IMG/VR virus record: IMGVR_UViG_3300043446_003692
Location: 6,210-70,209 of that record
Length of the DNA stretch: 64,000 bases
Direction: 5' to 3' (one strand)
From: a virus
Below, piece after piece: positions 39,498-48,388 of this stretch. Under the pieces are notes generated by a model, which did not search any database, had not been told where the DNA came from, and worked only from the letters and a program-made list of their open reading frames with translations. Each line of letters starts with the position of its first letter. Position 1 is the stretch's first letter. Made by a program: the position numbers and the translations under genes.

Positions 39498-40842
39498 AAA
39501 AAAGGTAGAAACGGATCCGCTGTTTCTAGTCATCAAGTCGTTGACATCTGATGAACGTCGCAAAACAGCTGTTATACTACTGGACGAAATGTTTAAACTA
39601 GCCAAAACCGTTCAACAGTTTGAGTCGGTTGGTAGAGCTGCACTTGAAGTAAAGTATGCAGAACTGTATCTCAAATGCGCTGAAATTTGCTACTCGATGA
39701 TGAGAACTTCAGAGCAGCTTTATATTGCTCGTGAAAACTTGTACAAGGCATACAATCTCAACAATTATCCAGAAAAAGCTCTGTTTTATATTGATTTAAA
39801 TTTGCAAGTCACACCCGACGATCCAGACACGCTCGCGCAAAAAGCATTTAATCTATCGCTGATGGGCGACCGTAAGGGCGCAGAAGCTATCATTGAGAGT
39901 TTGATAGCTCGTAAAGTTAAATTGGATAAAGAGGGTTCTTTAGACTATGCGCTCTGCGGTAAGTATTTGCGCATGGGTCAAACTGCCAAAGGAATCGATC
40001 TGTTCATTAATACGTTCAAAAAGAAAAATCATTTATTCGAAGATGCATTAAAGCTGAAGTTTTGGAATGGCGGCGCGTATCCTGGTAAAACGATTGTTAT
40101 CAACGGCGAAGGTGGTATCGGCGACGAACTTATCAATATTCGTTTCCTTGATAATTTAAAACAGTTAGGTATGAATCCTATATTGTATTCATCATGGCAT
40201 ATGTATCGTCCCGACATGGTAGGATTGTTTAAACGCCACGGATATGAAGTTACAACGAATCACTTATTTTTTCCTAAAGATGCGCTGTGGACGCATATGA
40301 TGAGTTTGCCAGGATATCTTGATTTGAAAGAAGAACAGCTCTGGACTGGTTCATATTTGAAACCACTGCGTCAGGAAAAGAACAAACTAGAAAGCAAGAA
40401 GTTCAAAATTGGTATCAAGGCGAATGGTAATCCGCACTTTGAGCAGGACGTGTACCGTCGCATTCCGTTTGATCAGCTGATGGGTGTTATGCCCGAAGAC
40501 GTTGAAGTATATTATATCGATACGGAAAGAGAATACGAAGGCACAATCTCACTGAAGAATCGTATTCAGTCTTGGGAAGATACGCTCGACTTTATCGACC
40601 AAATGGATATGATTGTTTCTTCTTGTACTAGTCTTGTACACGCAGCTGGCGCTATGGGTAAGCGAACAATTGTTTGCGTTCCGATTGCTGAGTATTATAT
40701 CTGGACTTCTACCAGAACAAATGAAACGACGCCATGGTATGGCGACAATTTTACTGTGTTGAAACAAACAAAATTAAGAAGCTGGGATGAGCCTCTCGCT
40801 CGCGCGCGAGAACTGATACTGGAGGAAATGAATGCAAATTGA
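39490..40842 (+). CDS. TPR-containing GT-B glycosyltransferase (GT9/heptosyltransferase-like)
   Basis: Helical TPR-like N-terminal half; W.G..Y.GKTI...EGGIGDE...RF and DT...IDQMD.IVSSCTSLVHAAGAMG motifs. Confidence 0.75.
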   Translation: MDEKKVETDPLFLVIKSLTSDERRKTAVILLDEMFKLAKTVQQFESVGRAALEVKYAELYLKCAEICYSMMRTSEQLYIARENLYKAYNLNNYPEKALFYIDLNLQVTPDDPDTLAQKAFNLSLMGDRKGAEAIIESLIARKVKLDKEGSLDYALCGKYLRMGQTAKGIDLFINTFKKKNHLFEDALKLKFWNGGAYPGKTIVINGEGGIGDELINIRFLDNLKQLGMNPILYSSWHMYRPDMVGLFKRHGYEVTTNHLFFPKDALWTHMMSLPGYLDLKEEQLWTGSYLKPLRQEKNKLESKKFKIGIKANGNPHFEQDVYRRIPFDQLMGVMPEDVEVYYIDTEREYEGTISLKNRIQSWEDTLDFIDQMDMIVSSCTSLVHAAGAMGKRTIVCVPIAEYYIWTSTRTNETTPWYGDNFTVLKQTKLRSWDEPLARARELILEEMNAN

Positions 40843-41419
40843 AGCACATTTTCCAACACTGATTGGCGTTCATCAGGTTGATCAAACTGTAGTCGAAAAG
40901 ACATTGATGGGAGTGCGGCAGTGGGAAACTACAGACAGCTACAAAAGATGCGTAGAGTATTCAAAGAGCGAAAATCTCAACACTTCATATCATACGTATC
41001 ATGATATTCTTGGTGAGATCAAGCTGAGTGATTTGCGCAAAGAGATAGAAAACGCTGTTGAAGAATATTCGTATGTTTATACTTCTAATTCAAAAGACTA
41101 CAGGATTGACTCATGGATTAATTATTTTGAGCCAGGAAATTACGAGGCTGAACATAATCATTTTGGTAATTACATCTCTGGCGTTTATTATGTTCAAGCT
41201 ACACCCGATACTGGTAATTTCGAATTCTACGAGCCAGCGAAACAAAAAGGATTGTGGCAATCTTTGTATTCTGATAAGATGAAGTCTTCGTCAACGTATT
41301 CACCTAAAACTGGAAAAATGATTTTGTTTCCTTCGTATCTCGATCACTCTGTATTAAGGAATATGTCATCGTCAACACGGATTTCAATCGCCTTCAATAT
41401 TCATGTGGAGTTAAAATGA
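40832..41419 (+). CDS. 2OG-Fe(II) oxygenase (TIGR02466-like)
   Basis: SWIN, HNH...ISGVYY, G.MILFPSYLDHSV, RISIAFN motifs. Confidence 0.85.
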   Translation: MQIEAHFPTLIGVHQVDQTVVEKTLMGVRQWETTDSYKRCVEYSKSENLNTSYHTYHDILGEIKLSDLRKEIENAVEEYSYVYTSNSKDYRIDSWINYFEPGNYEAEHNHFGNYISGVYYVQATPDTGNFEFYEPAKQKGLWQSLYSDKMKSSSTYSPKTGKMILFPSYLDHSVLRNMSSSTRISIAFNIHVELK

Positions 41420-42219
41420 AAATACTTATTATGGGTCTACCAGGATCTGGTAAAACAACTTTGGCTGAAGAACTTGTGCAGCAATTTACTGAACAAGGAA
41501 TGCCCGTTAATTGGCATAACGCAGATTCCGTTAGAAAAATATTTGATGATTGGGATTTTTCTGAAGCGGGTAGAATTCGTCAAGCAGAACGTATGGGCAG
41601 ATTTGCTAATGTTGATAAGAGAGAAGGTATTTTTTCTATCTGTGATTTTATATGCCCAACCGAAAACCTAAGAAACATATTTGCAGATGGTGGGAAACCA
41701 GATTACATTATCTGGATGGATACGATCAAGAAAGGTCGCTATGAAGATACCAACAAATTGTTTGAGCCACCAACATACTATGATTATCGTATTACTAACT
41801 TTGATGCCAAAGGTTGGGCGAAGCGTCTATTAAAAGATATTATAAATGGTGAGAAGCCAGAACAGTTTGATTTACGCAAACCAACTGTGCAAATGCTTGG
41901 GCGTTGGCAACCATGGCACGATGGTCATCAAGCATTGTTCGAACGCGCATTAGCTAAGACTGGTCAAGTTTGCATTATGATTCGCGACTGTCAAAATTGG
42001 AATGACAGCAATCCGTTTGACGTAGCCGATGTTGAAGAGCGTATTCATAAAGCTCTTGGACCCAAGTTCTATGGGAAGTATACGGTACAGGTAGTACCCA
42101 ATATCGTTAACATCACCTATGGTCGCGATGTCGGTTATAAAATCGAACAAGAAACATTTGATGACGCTACGCACGCCATATCAGCTACGAAGATTCGAGA
42201 AAGTCTCGGACTGAAATAA
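41416..42219 (+). CDS. cysC: Adenylyl-sulfate kinase fused to an HxGH nucleotidyltransferase domain
   Basis: P-loop GLPGSGKTT, NAD.VR, DFS..GR.RQ, FE.P; C-terminal GRWQPWHDGH and ISATKIR. Confidence 0.8.
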   Translation: MKILIMGLPGSGKTTLAEELVQQFTEQGMPVNWHNADSVRKIFDDWDFSEAGRIRQAERMGRFANVDKREGIFSICDFICPTENLRNIFADGGKPDYIIWMDTIKKGRYEDTNKLFEPPTYYDYRITNFDAKGWAKRLLKDIINGEKPEQFDLRKPTVQMLGRWQPWHDGHQALFERALAKTGQVCIMIRDCQNWNDSNPFDVADVEERIHKALGPKFYGKYTVQVVPNIVNITYGRDVGYKIEQETFDDATHAISATKIRESLGLK

Positions 42220-42964
42220 ATTTATAATCGTAGTGTTTTCTGGCGCAAGTATAGGTTTGATACTTATTTTCTAATTGTTTAGGAAATGGTATTTCTTCTA
42301 TAAACGCATCATACTTACGAGCGACGAGGCTAGCTACGTATTGAAACGAAATCGGGTTATTTGTACCAACATCATAAATTCCCGATTCTCGTTCCATTGT
42401 CATACAATTTATAGCGTCATCAACGTGGATAAAATCACGGAAATAATCTTTTGACCCTTCAAATATCTTAATTATACCAGTTTCTTTTGCTTGTTTTGTA
42501 AACTGATGTATTGGGCTGGCTTGTGAACCCTTACGATCTTCGCCATTGCCATATACATTAAAGAATCTACAGCCTACTACATTGCTGAACCTATCAATGT
42601 TATCAAGAACCCAGTAATCTACAGTCGCCTTAGATAAGGCGTAGTAATTGAGAGGATTTATCTGATACGTCAGCGAGTTTCCATAAACAGAAGCCGAAGA
42701 AGCATACGTTACAGGAATTTTGTGTTCGATAGCATACTCGAATAATGACACACTGTATTTGATATTGAGATTGTGGATACGTTCTAAATTGCTTTCTGTA
42801 GTGCTTGATACAGCGCCAAGGTGATATATTTTTGTGATATTTTTCCATGGAAAATCGAGGTCGAAAATTTCCATATGGTTTTTAAAATCAAGAGCAATAA
42901 TATTATCTTGTTTTTTTATTAAATTACTACCAATAAATCCATCAGATCCTGTTATCAATATCAC
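42185..42964 (-). CDS. hldD: ADP-L-glycero-D-manno-heptose 6-epimerase-like
   Basis: ITG..GFIGSNL, HLGAVSSTTE, YASSASVYG, PLNYYA.SK, RFFNVYG..E..KG..AS, KYQ.YTCA. Confidence 0.85.
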   Translation of the reverse strand: MILITGSDGFIGSNLIKKQDNIIALDFKNHMEIFDLDFPWKNITKIYHLGAVSSTTESNLERIHNLNIKYSVSLFEYAIEHKIPVTYASSASVYGNSLTYQINPLNYYALSKATVDYWVLDNIDRFSNVVGCRFFNVYGNGEDRKGSQASPIHQFTKQAKETGIIKIFEGSKDYFRDFIHVDDAINCMTMERESGIYDVGTNNPISFQYVASLVARKYDAFIEEIPFPKQLENKYQTYTCARKHYDYKFISVRDFLESS

Positions 42965-43256
42965 TGAAGTACTCCTTATCGCTCATAGCTTTGTCGTCAA
43001 TCCAAATATCGTATTTGGGTTTACGAAAATTTATAGAAGTATATTTTACGCCCCAGCTAGCTAATTGTTTCTTAGTAAACTCTGACCAATCTTTTCCGCT
43101 GTTACCGCCACGCGCAGTCCAGTAATGAATTTCATTACCCTGTTCGTATAATTTATTGAAATGAGCAATACGCTTTACATAAGGCTCGGCGTATTCGTAG
43201 TTGTTGGTTACAGTGCTAGTACAAATCGTGCCGTCAATATCAACGTAGTATATCAT
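42942..43256 (-). CDS. Small HAD-superfamily phosphatase
   Basis: DIDGTIC, WTARG, KP.YD.WIDDKA motifs. Confidence 0.8.
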   Translation of the reverse strand: MIYYVDIDGTICTSTVTNNYEYAEPYVKRIAHFNKLYEQGNEIHYWTARGGNSGKDWSEFTKKQLASWGVKYTSINFRKPKYDIWIDDKAMSDKEYFSDIDNRI

Positions 43257-44397
43257 CTAACACCTTTGTTGTTGAGTAACCGTTGACATATGGAATAATA
43301 ACAACTTCTGCCAAATCTTTTCCTATCACCATATCTGGTGTATAGTCGCCGCCTTTTGTAATTATATCTGGTTTAATGCTTTTGATTAATTCGTATGGTG
43401 TATCTTCGTCAAAAATAATTACCTGGTCAACACAACCTATAGACTGAAGAACAGCTCGTCTATCATACTGATTGTTAATTGGGCGACACGCGCCCTTCAA
43501 TCTTTTTACAGACTTATCTGAATTAAGACCAACGATTAGTTTACCGCCTAACTTTTTCGAAGCTCGTAAATATTCGATGTGACCTTTGTGGAGGATATCG
43601 AAGCAACCATTGGTAAATACTACCTTTGTTTCTTTTAAATCCTCGGGCTGCAAAATATATGTTCCCATTTTGGTAACAGAAATACTCGCGAGCGTATTCG
43701 CGCGCTCGCATGCATGCCTCAATGTAAAACCATGATCCAAATAATGAGCCATAGCAGCCAAAAATACATCTCCAGCACCAGTTACATCAGCTACTTGTCG
43801 TTTTTCTCCAGGAATTGTACCAGTAAATTCCTTAGAGTTAATGTAAACACCATCACCGCCCAGTGTGATTACGATAGCACCGATATTGAAATTGCGGCGA
43901 ATAATTTCACAGTTTTCGAATTCTTTGTGACCCGTAAATTCAAAAAACTCTTTTTTATTTAATTTTACGATATCCGCACCAACATAACGATGTATTTTTT
44001 TCTTTGGGTCGACAATAACTTTGACGCCAGCTTTCTTGAAGTTTTCTATAATATCTTCAGAGTGGTGAACATGACCCTTGTTATAATCAGAAATAATAAG
44101 CCAGTCAATACCGATCGGATTGTACTCTGTAAAATCGTTTACTTCATAAGTTTCATTGTCGCTACGAAAAACAATTCTATTATCGACAACGTAGCGCGTT
44201 TTAGTCGAACTGCAGCCACAGTCAAAATATGGATTGGTTCCTAGCGCAGTTAGATTGGTAATAACATTCCAAGCTCCACCTAACCGTTTTTCAATCTTTT
44301 CTTCGTTAAAAATTGGAATCGGTGTTTCTGGAGATATTTTATTATATGAACCGTGAATATACTCGTCGCTAATACCATCGCCAATCACATAAATCAT
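43240..44397 (-). CDS. hldE: Bifunctional heptose kinase / nucleotidyltransferase HldE-like
   Basis: PfkB domain (GGA.NV, SDYNKG, VDPK, DVTGAGD) plus VFTNGCFDILH.GH, GLNSD.SV.RLKG..RP, KGGDY, GYSTT. Confidence 0.9.
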   Translation of the reverse strand: MIYVIGDGISDEYIHGSYNKISPETPIPIFNEEKIEKRLGGAWNVITNLTALGTNPYFDCGCSSTKTRYVVDNRIVFRSDNETYEVNDFTEYNPIGIDWLIISDYNKGHVHHSEDIIENFKKAGVKVIVDPKKKIHRYVGADIVKLNKKEFFEFTGHKEFENCEIIRRNFNIGAIVITLGGDGVYINSKEFTGTIPGEKRQVADVTGAGDVFLAAMAHYLDHGFTLRHACERANTLASISVTKMGTYILQPEDLKETKVVFTNGCFDILHKGHIEYLRASKKLGGKLIVGLNSDKSVKRLKGACRPINNQYDRRAVLQSIGCVDQVIIFDEDTPYELIKSIKPDIITKGGDYTPDMVIGKDLAEVVIIPYVNGYSTTKVLDDILR

Positions 44398-44750
44398 TTT
44401 TGAGAATCTCCAGGCATAACTCTATAGTTGTCCATAGGATCATCTGCAGAGGAAACTTCAACTATAGCCGAGTTTTCCTCGAGAGCTTCTAATTGGTGAG
44501 GGAGCAGGGGCGCGTTTCTCCAAGTATCGCCTGTATTAAGAATAATCTCTTTAATTTCTGCAGTATTAGTATCAATTACTTTTAATAAAAATTTTCCATT
44601 TAGGACTACCCAGGTTTCATCTTTTTCTTTGTGGAAATGCATGCTCATTTTAGAGCCTACATTTGCAAATTGCAAAAATTTACCTGCGTATTTTTCATTA
44701 GAGGCAAAAATGACCTCTTTACCCCATCCCTTTTCGACATCAGCACTCAT
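44394..44750 (-). CDS. Cupin protein (sugar isomerase-like)
   Basis: VEKGWGKE, SMHFH..KDETW, PHQL, EVSS.D...DNYR; GGAGGT RBS supports start at 44750. Confidence 0.75.
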   Translation of the reverse strand: MSADVEKGWGKEVIFASNEKYAGKFLQFANVGSKMSMHFHKEKDETWVVLNGKFLLKVIDTNTAEIKEIILNTGDTWRNAPLLPHQLEALEENSAIVEVSSADDPMDNYRVMPGDSQK

Positions 44751-44776
44751 TATTACCTCCATGTTGCTCATAGTCT

Positions 44777-44804
44777 ATTATACTGGTTTACTGGAAAAAG
44801 TAAA
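44777..44804 (-). promoter_or_regulatory. Sigma70-like promoter TTTACT-N16-TATAAT for the heptose operon
   Basis: Minus strand reads TTTACTTTTTCCAGTAAACCAGTATAAT; same motif at 60936 and 61541. Confidence 0.6.
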
Positions 44805-44814
44805 GCTCTGAATC

Positions 44815-44822
44815 TATAAATA
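44815..44822 (+). promoter_or_regulatory. T4 late promoter TATAAATA
   Basis: Perfect consensus upstream of the 44854 fibre and gp13 operon. Confidence 0.8.
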
Positions 44823-44853
44823 GAAAAAATAACTCCATAGGGGAAAGGGAACC

Positions 44854-46911
44854 ATGGCTGATAGAGATTTCGTAGTCAAGAATGGTGTTCGTACAGTCGG
44901 TAACACCATCGTCGCCAATTCTACAACTGTATTAGTTGGCGCTAACCTAGTCGTAGCTAACTCTGCTTCTTTCACAGCTAATGGTTCTACAGGAACTGCT
45001 GGGCAGTATCTTCTTTCCAATGGATCAGGTATTTATTGGGCAACAGTAGTAGCTGGTACTAATGTTGATGCTCAATATGCATGGACTAACACCCACAGTT
45101 TTAGTAATGTTGTTACTTTTAATGGAAATGTTGTAATCACCAAGGCGTTTACAGCAAATGGTGGTGTTGGAACAGCTGGACAAGTGTTGACTTCCAATGG
45201 TTCAACTGGCTCACCATATTGGTCCACAGTTGCTGGTGTGAATACAGCAGCGCAATATGTGTGGTCAAACACTCATACATTTTCAAACACTGTTACTGTC
45301 AATGGCAGATTAGTATTCGACGGTATTGTTACTGCGAATGGTAGCAATGGTACTGCTGGGCAAGTATTAACTTCGAATAGCTCTGGTGTGTATTGGTCAA
45401 CTCCTGCTAATGGTACAGTAACTCAAGTTAATACTGGTATCGGTCTTAGTGGTGGTCCTATTACAACAACTGGTACTGTTCAAGTATTAGCTAATACGGG
45501 TATCGTTGCAAACGCCAGTGGCGTGTTTGTTTCAAATACTTATGTTAACACTAGCGCTGATTTTACTATCAATGGCGCGATTACATTTTCTAACAATATC
45601 ACTTTTAACTCCAACGTTTCCATTGCCAAAGTATTGTCAGCCAATGGTGGAACTGGCACAGCTGGTCAGGGTTTAATATCGGGTGGTACAGCAAACGCAT
45701 ATTGGGCTAACGTGGTTCGTAGCGTTGCAACTAGCACTGGTATTACAGATAGCGGTACAGCAACTGCACCGACTTTAGCTCTTGCTACGCTTTCGCCAAG
45801 CCCAGCTGGATCGTATACTTCAACAAACATTACAGTTGATGCTTATGGTCGTGTTACTGCAGCAACTTCAAACACTTCTGGCGCTTCTGGTGTCACATCT
45901 GCAGCTAATACTTCTGATATTACTATCACTGGTACAGGCTCTGGTCCATATACTGGTGCAATCACAATTGGTCTTGCGAACGCTGGCGCTGGTAACGGTG
46001 TTTATGGAACTGCTGGCGTTCAAGCTATCACTCTTGATCCAAAAGGTCGTGTAACTGCAGTAACAACTGCAAGTTATTTAACAACTAGCGCCGCTAGCTC
46101 TACATACGCTCCTCTTGCAAGCCCAACATTTACTGGTACTGTAACTATGCCTTCAATCGTACCTTCGGGTACAGGCGTTACAATTTCAACAACTGAGCTA
46201 AGTTATCTTGATGGTGTTACCTCAAATATTCAATCTCAGTTGAATAGCAAAGGAACTGGTAGCGGTACTATAACAAACGTATCAGCTGGAACAGGTTTAA
46301 CTGGTGGTGGTAGCAGCGGTAGCGTTACTCTCTCCATGTCTGGTTCTTATTCAGGCACATTTACTGCCGACGCTTTAAGAGCTACTGGCTCCACATTTAA
46401 TATGGTAGAATTTAGTGGCGGCGCTGGTTCTCATAATTGCGCTCCAGGCACTTCAATTTATGGCACTGGCTCTTACATGGTAGGAGCGGTTGGTTACAGT
46501 TCATATTGGACATGTCAATCTTCTAACTTTACTTTGGGTAGTGGTATTGCCGCATTTAAAGACGGTGGTGGTTCTTGGTCTGCTACGTCTGACGCTCGCA
46601 CTAAAAAAGATCAGTTACCTTATACAAAAGGTCTCAACAATCTTAAAGAATTAAATTTAATAACATTCAAATACAATGGAATGTATGGTACACCAAATAA
46701 TGATGTAAGATATACTGGTTTGATTGCGCAGGAAGTTTTGAATACTAGCCTTGCTGATATGGTAAAAACATACACCTACACAAACAATAAAACTGGAGAA
46801 AAACAAGAGCTTTATAGTTTGGACAACTCAGAGTTGATTTACACTTTGGTCAACGCAGTTAAAGAACTATCAGCAAAAGTTGAAGCTCTTCAAGCTAAAC
46901 TTGGAATTTAA
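44854..46911 (+). CDS. Fibre protein with S74 chaperone, in the fibritin (wac) position
   Basis: GTAGQVLTSNG modules, VDAYGRVT repeats, SDARTKKD..GLIAQEV..LVNAVKEL; directly upstream of gp13. Confidence 0.8.
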   Translation: MADRDFVVKNGVRTVGNTIVANSTTVLVGANLVVANSASFTANGSTGTAGQYLLSNGSGIYWATVVAGTNVDAQYAWTNTHSFSNVVTFNGNVVITKAFTANGGVGTAGQVLTSNGSTGSPYWSTVAGVNTAAQYVWSNTHTFSNTVTVNGRLVFDGIVTANGSNGTAGQVLTSNSSGVYWSTPANGTVTQVNTGIGLSGGPITTTGTVQVLANTGIVANASGVFVSNTYVNTSADFTINGAITFSNNITFNSNVSIAKVLSANGGTGTAGQGLISGGTANAYWANVVRSVATSTGITDSGTATAPTLALATLSPSPAGSYTSTNITVDAYGRVTAATSNTSGASGVTSAANTSDITITGTGSGPYTGAITIGLANAGAGNGVYGTAGVQAITLDPKGRVTAVTTASYLTTSAASSTYAPLASPTFTGTVTMPSIVPSGTGVTISTTELSYLDGVTSNIQSQLNSKGTGSGTITNVSAGTGLTGGGSSGSVTLSMSGSYSGTFTADALRATGSTFNMVEFSGGAGSHNCAPGTSIYGTGSYMVGAVGYSSYWTCQSSNFTLGSGIAAFKDGGGSWSATSDARTKKDQLPYTKGLNNLKELNLITFKYNGMYGTPNNDVRYTGLIAQEVLNTSLADMVKTYTYTNNKTGEKQELYSLDNSELIYTLVNAVKELSAKVEALQAKLGI

Positions 46912-46922
46912 GAGGTAATAGG

Positions 46923-47663
46923 ATGTCTGTACCAACATCAAGAGCTGAGTTCAAAGAATATATTCTTCGCAGACTTGGCAAGCCTGTTATCGAGATCAAC
47001 GTAGACGATGACCAAGTCGACGATCGTATCGACGAGGCGTTGAAGTATTACTACGATTACCATTTCGATGGCACCGAAAAGATTTTTTATAAGCATGTTG
47101 TGACACAAACTGATATCGATAACAAGTATATCACATTACCCCAGAACGTAATCGGCGCTGTGAACCTGTTTCCGATCGGTCAGGGTCTTAACACCAACAA
47201 TCTATTCAATATTCGTTACCAGATCGCATTGAACGATCTCTATACGCTGACTTCTGTTTCGATGGTGCCATACTACATGGCACTGACTCACGTACAGTTC
47301 CTAGAACAGATGCTTGTAGGTCAGCAGCCATTTCGCTATAACAGACATGTAAATAAGTTGTATATTGATACAGACTGGAACCTTTTTAATATTGGCGACA
47401 GCATTCTTGTTGAAGCATATCAAATTGTTGATCCTGCCACATTCAATGATGTGTGGAGCGATCGCTGGTTGATGCGCTACTGCTATTGCTTAGTTAAGAT
47501 GCAGTGGGGAAATAACCTCAAGAAGTATCAGGGTATGCAGCTTCCTGGCGGTCTTACATTCAATGGTCAGCAAATTTATAATGAGGCGAATGAAGAGAAA
47601 GAAGAGCTAGAAAAAGAAATGATTTACAGCTATAGCTTGCCAGCTACAGATATGATTGGATAA
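46923..47663 (+). CDS. gp13: Neck protein gp13
   Basis: LRRLGKPVIEINVDDDQVDDRIDEAL, QWG.NL.KY.G.QLPGG. Confidence 0.93.
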   Translation: MSVPTSRAEFKEYILRRLGKPVIEINVDDDQVDDRIDEALKYYYDYHFDGTEKIFYKHVVTQTDIDNKYITLPQNVIGAVNLFPIGQGLNTNNLFNIRYQIALNDLYTLTSVSMVPYYMALTHVQFLEQMLVGQQPFRYNRHVNKLYIDTDWNLFNIGDSILVEAYQIVDPATFNDVWSDRWLMRYCYCLVKMQWGNNLKKYQGMQLPGGLTFNGQQIYNEANEEKEELEKEMIYSYSLPATDMIG

Positions 47664-47665
47664 CA

Positions 47666-48388
47666 ATGGCAACGAATTTTTACTTCAATAATTTTCAATC
47701 AGCTCAGGAGCAGCTGCTACTTGAAAATTTAATTATTGAAGCTATCAAAATTTACGGCGAAGATATGTTTTATCTTCCCAGAAATATTAATAACTTAGAC
47801 AGAGTTTATACTGCGGACGATCAGTCATCGTATACGCTTGCTCTGCCTATCGAAATGTATATTAAGTCAGTCGATGGTTTCTCTGGCGATGGCAACTTCA
47901 TGTCGAAATTTGGTCTTGAAATTCGTGATCAGGTTATTTTTTCTGTAGCACAAAGAGTGTTCAGCGAAGAAATTGGTAATCAGATCGAACTGGTTCGCCC
48001 GCGCGAAGGCGACCTAGTATACTTCCCGCTAAACAGTAAATGTTTTCAAATTAAATATGTTAACAAACAGGAAATGTTTTACCAATTAGGCGCGTTGCAA
48101 ACTTGGGAACTTACATGTGAGTTGTTCGAGTACAGCAATGAAGATATGGATACTGGTATTTTTGAAATTGATTCTATGCAAACGCGCCTCAGCACGAATA
48201 TTCTTGATCGCGCTCTTACAGATGAAAGCGACTATTATCTATTAGACGAAAACGGTGATTATCTCGTAGAAGAAAATTACAACTTGGAAAATATTACTGG
48301 CACTGGCGGTAACGATGCAATACAAAATGAAACAGATGACTTCGTAGATTTTTCTGTTTATGATCCATTTAGTGAAGGTAGGATTTAA
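47666..48388 (+). CDS. gp14: Neck protein gp14
   Basis: EAIKIYG..M.YLPR, SKFGLEIRD, RPREGDLVYFPL, CELFEYS. Confidence 0.93.
   Translation: MATNFYFNNFQSAQEQLLLENLIIEAIKIYGEDMFYLPRNINNLDRVYTADDQSSYTLALPIEMYIKSVDGFSGDGNFMSKFGLEIRDQVIFSVAQRVFSEEIGNQIELVRPREGDLVYFPLNSKCFQIKYVNKQEMFYQLGALQTWELTCELFEYSNEDMDTGIFEIDSMQTRLSTNILDRALTDESDYYLLDENGDYLVEENYNLENITGTGGNDAIQNETDDFVDFSVYDPFSEGRI

Noticed and set aside
42185-44750. Host or prophage-flank contamination for the heptose genes
   Set aside because: Genes overlap phage-type neighbours, share a promoter motif with uvsY and gp3, and are flanked by virion genes on both sides
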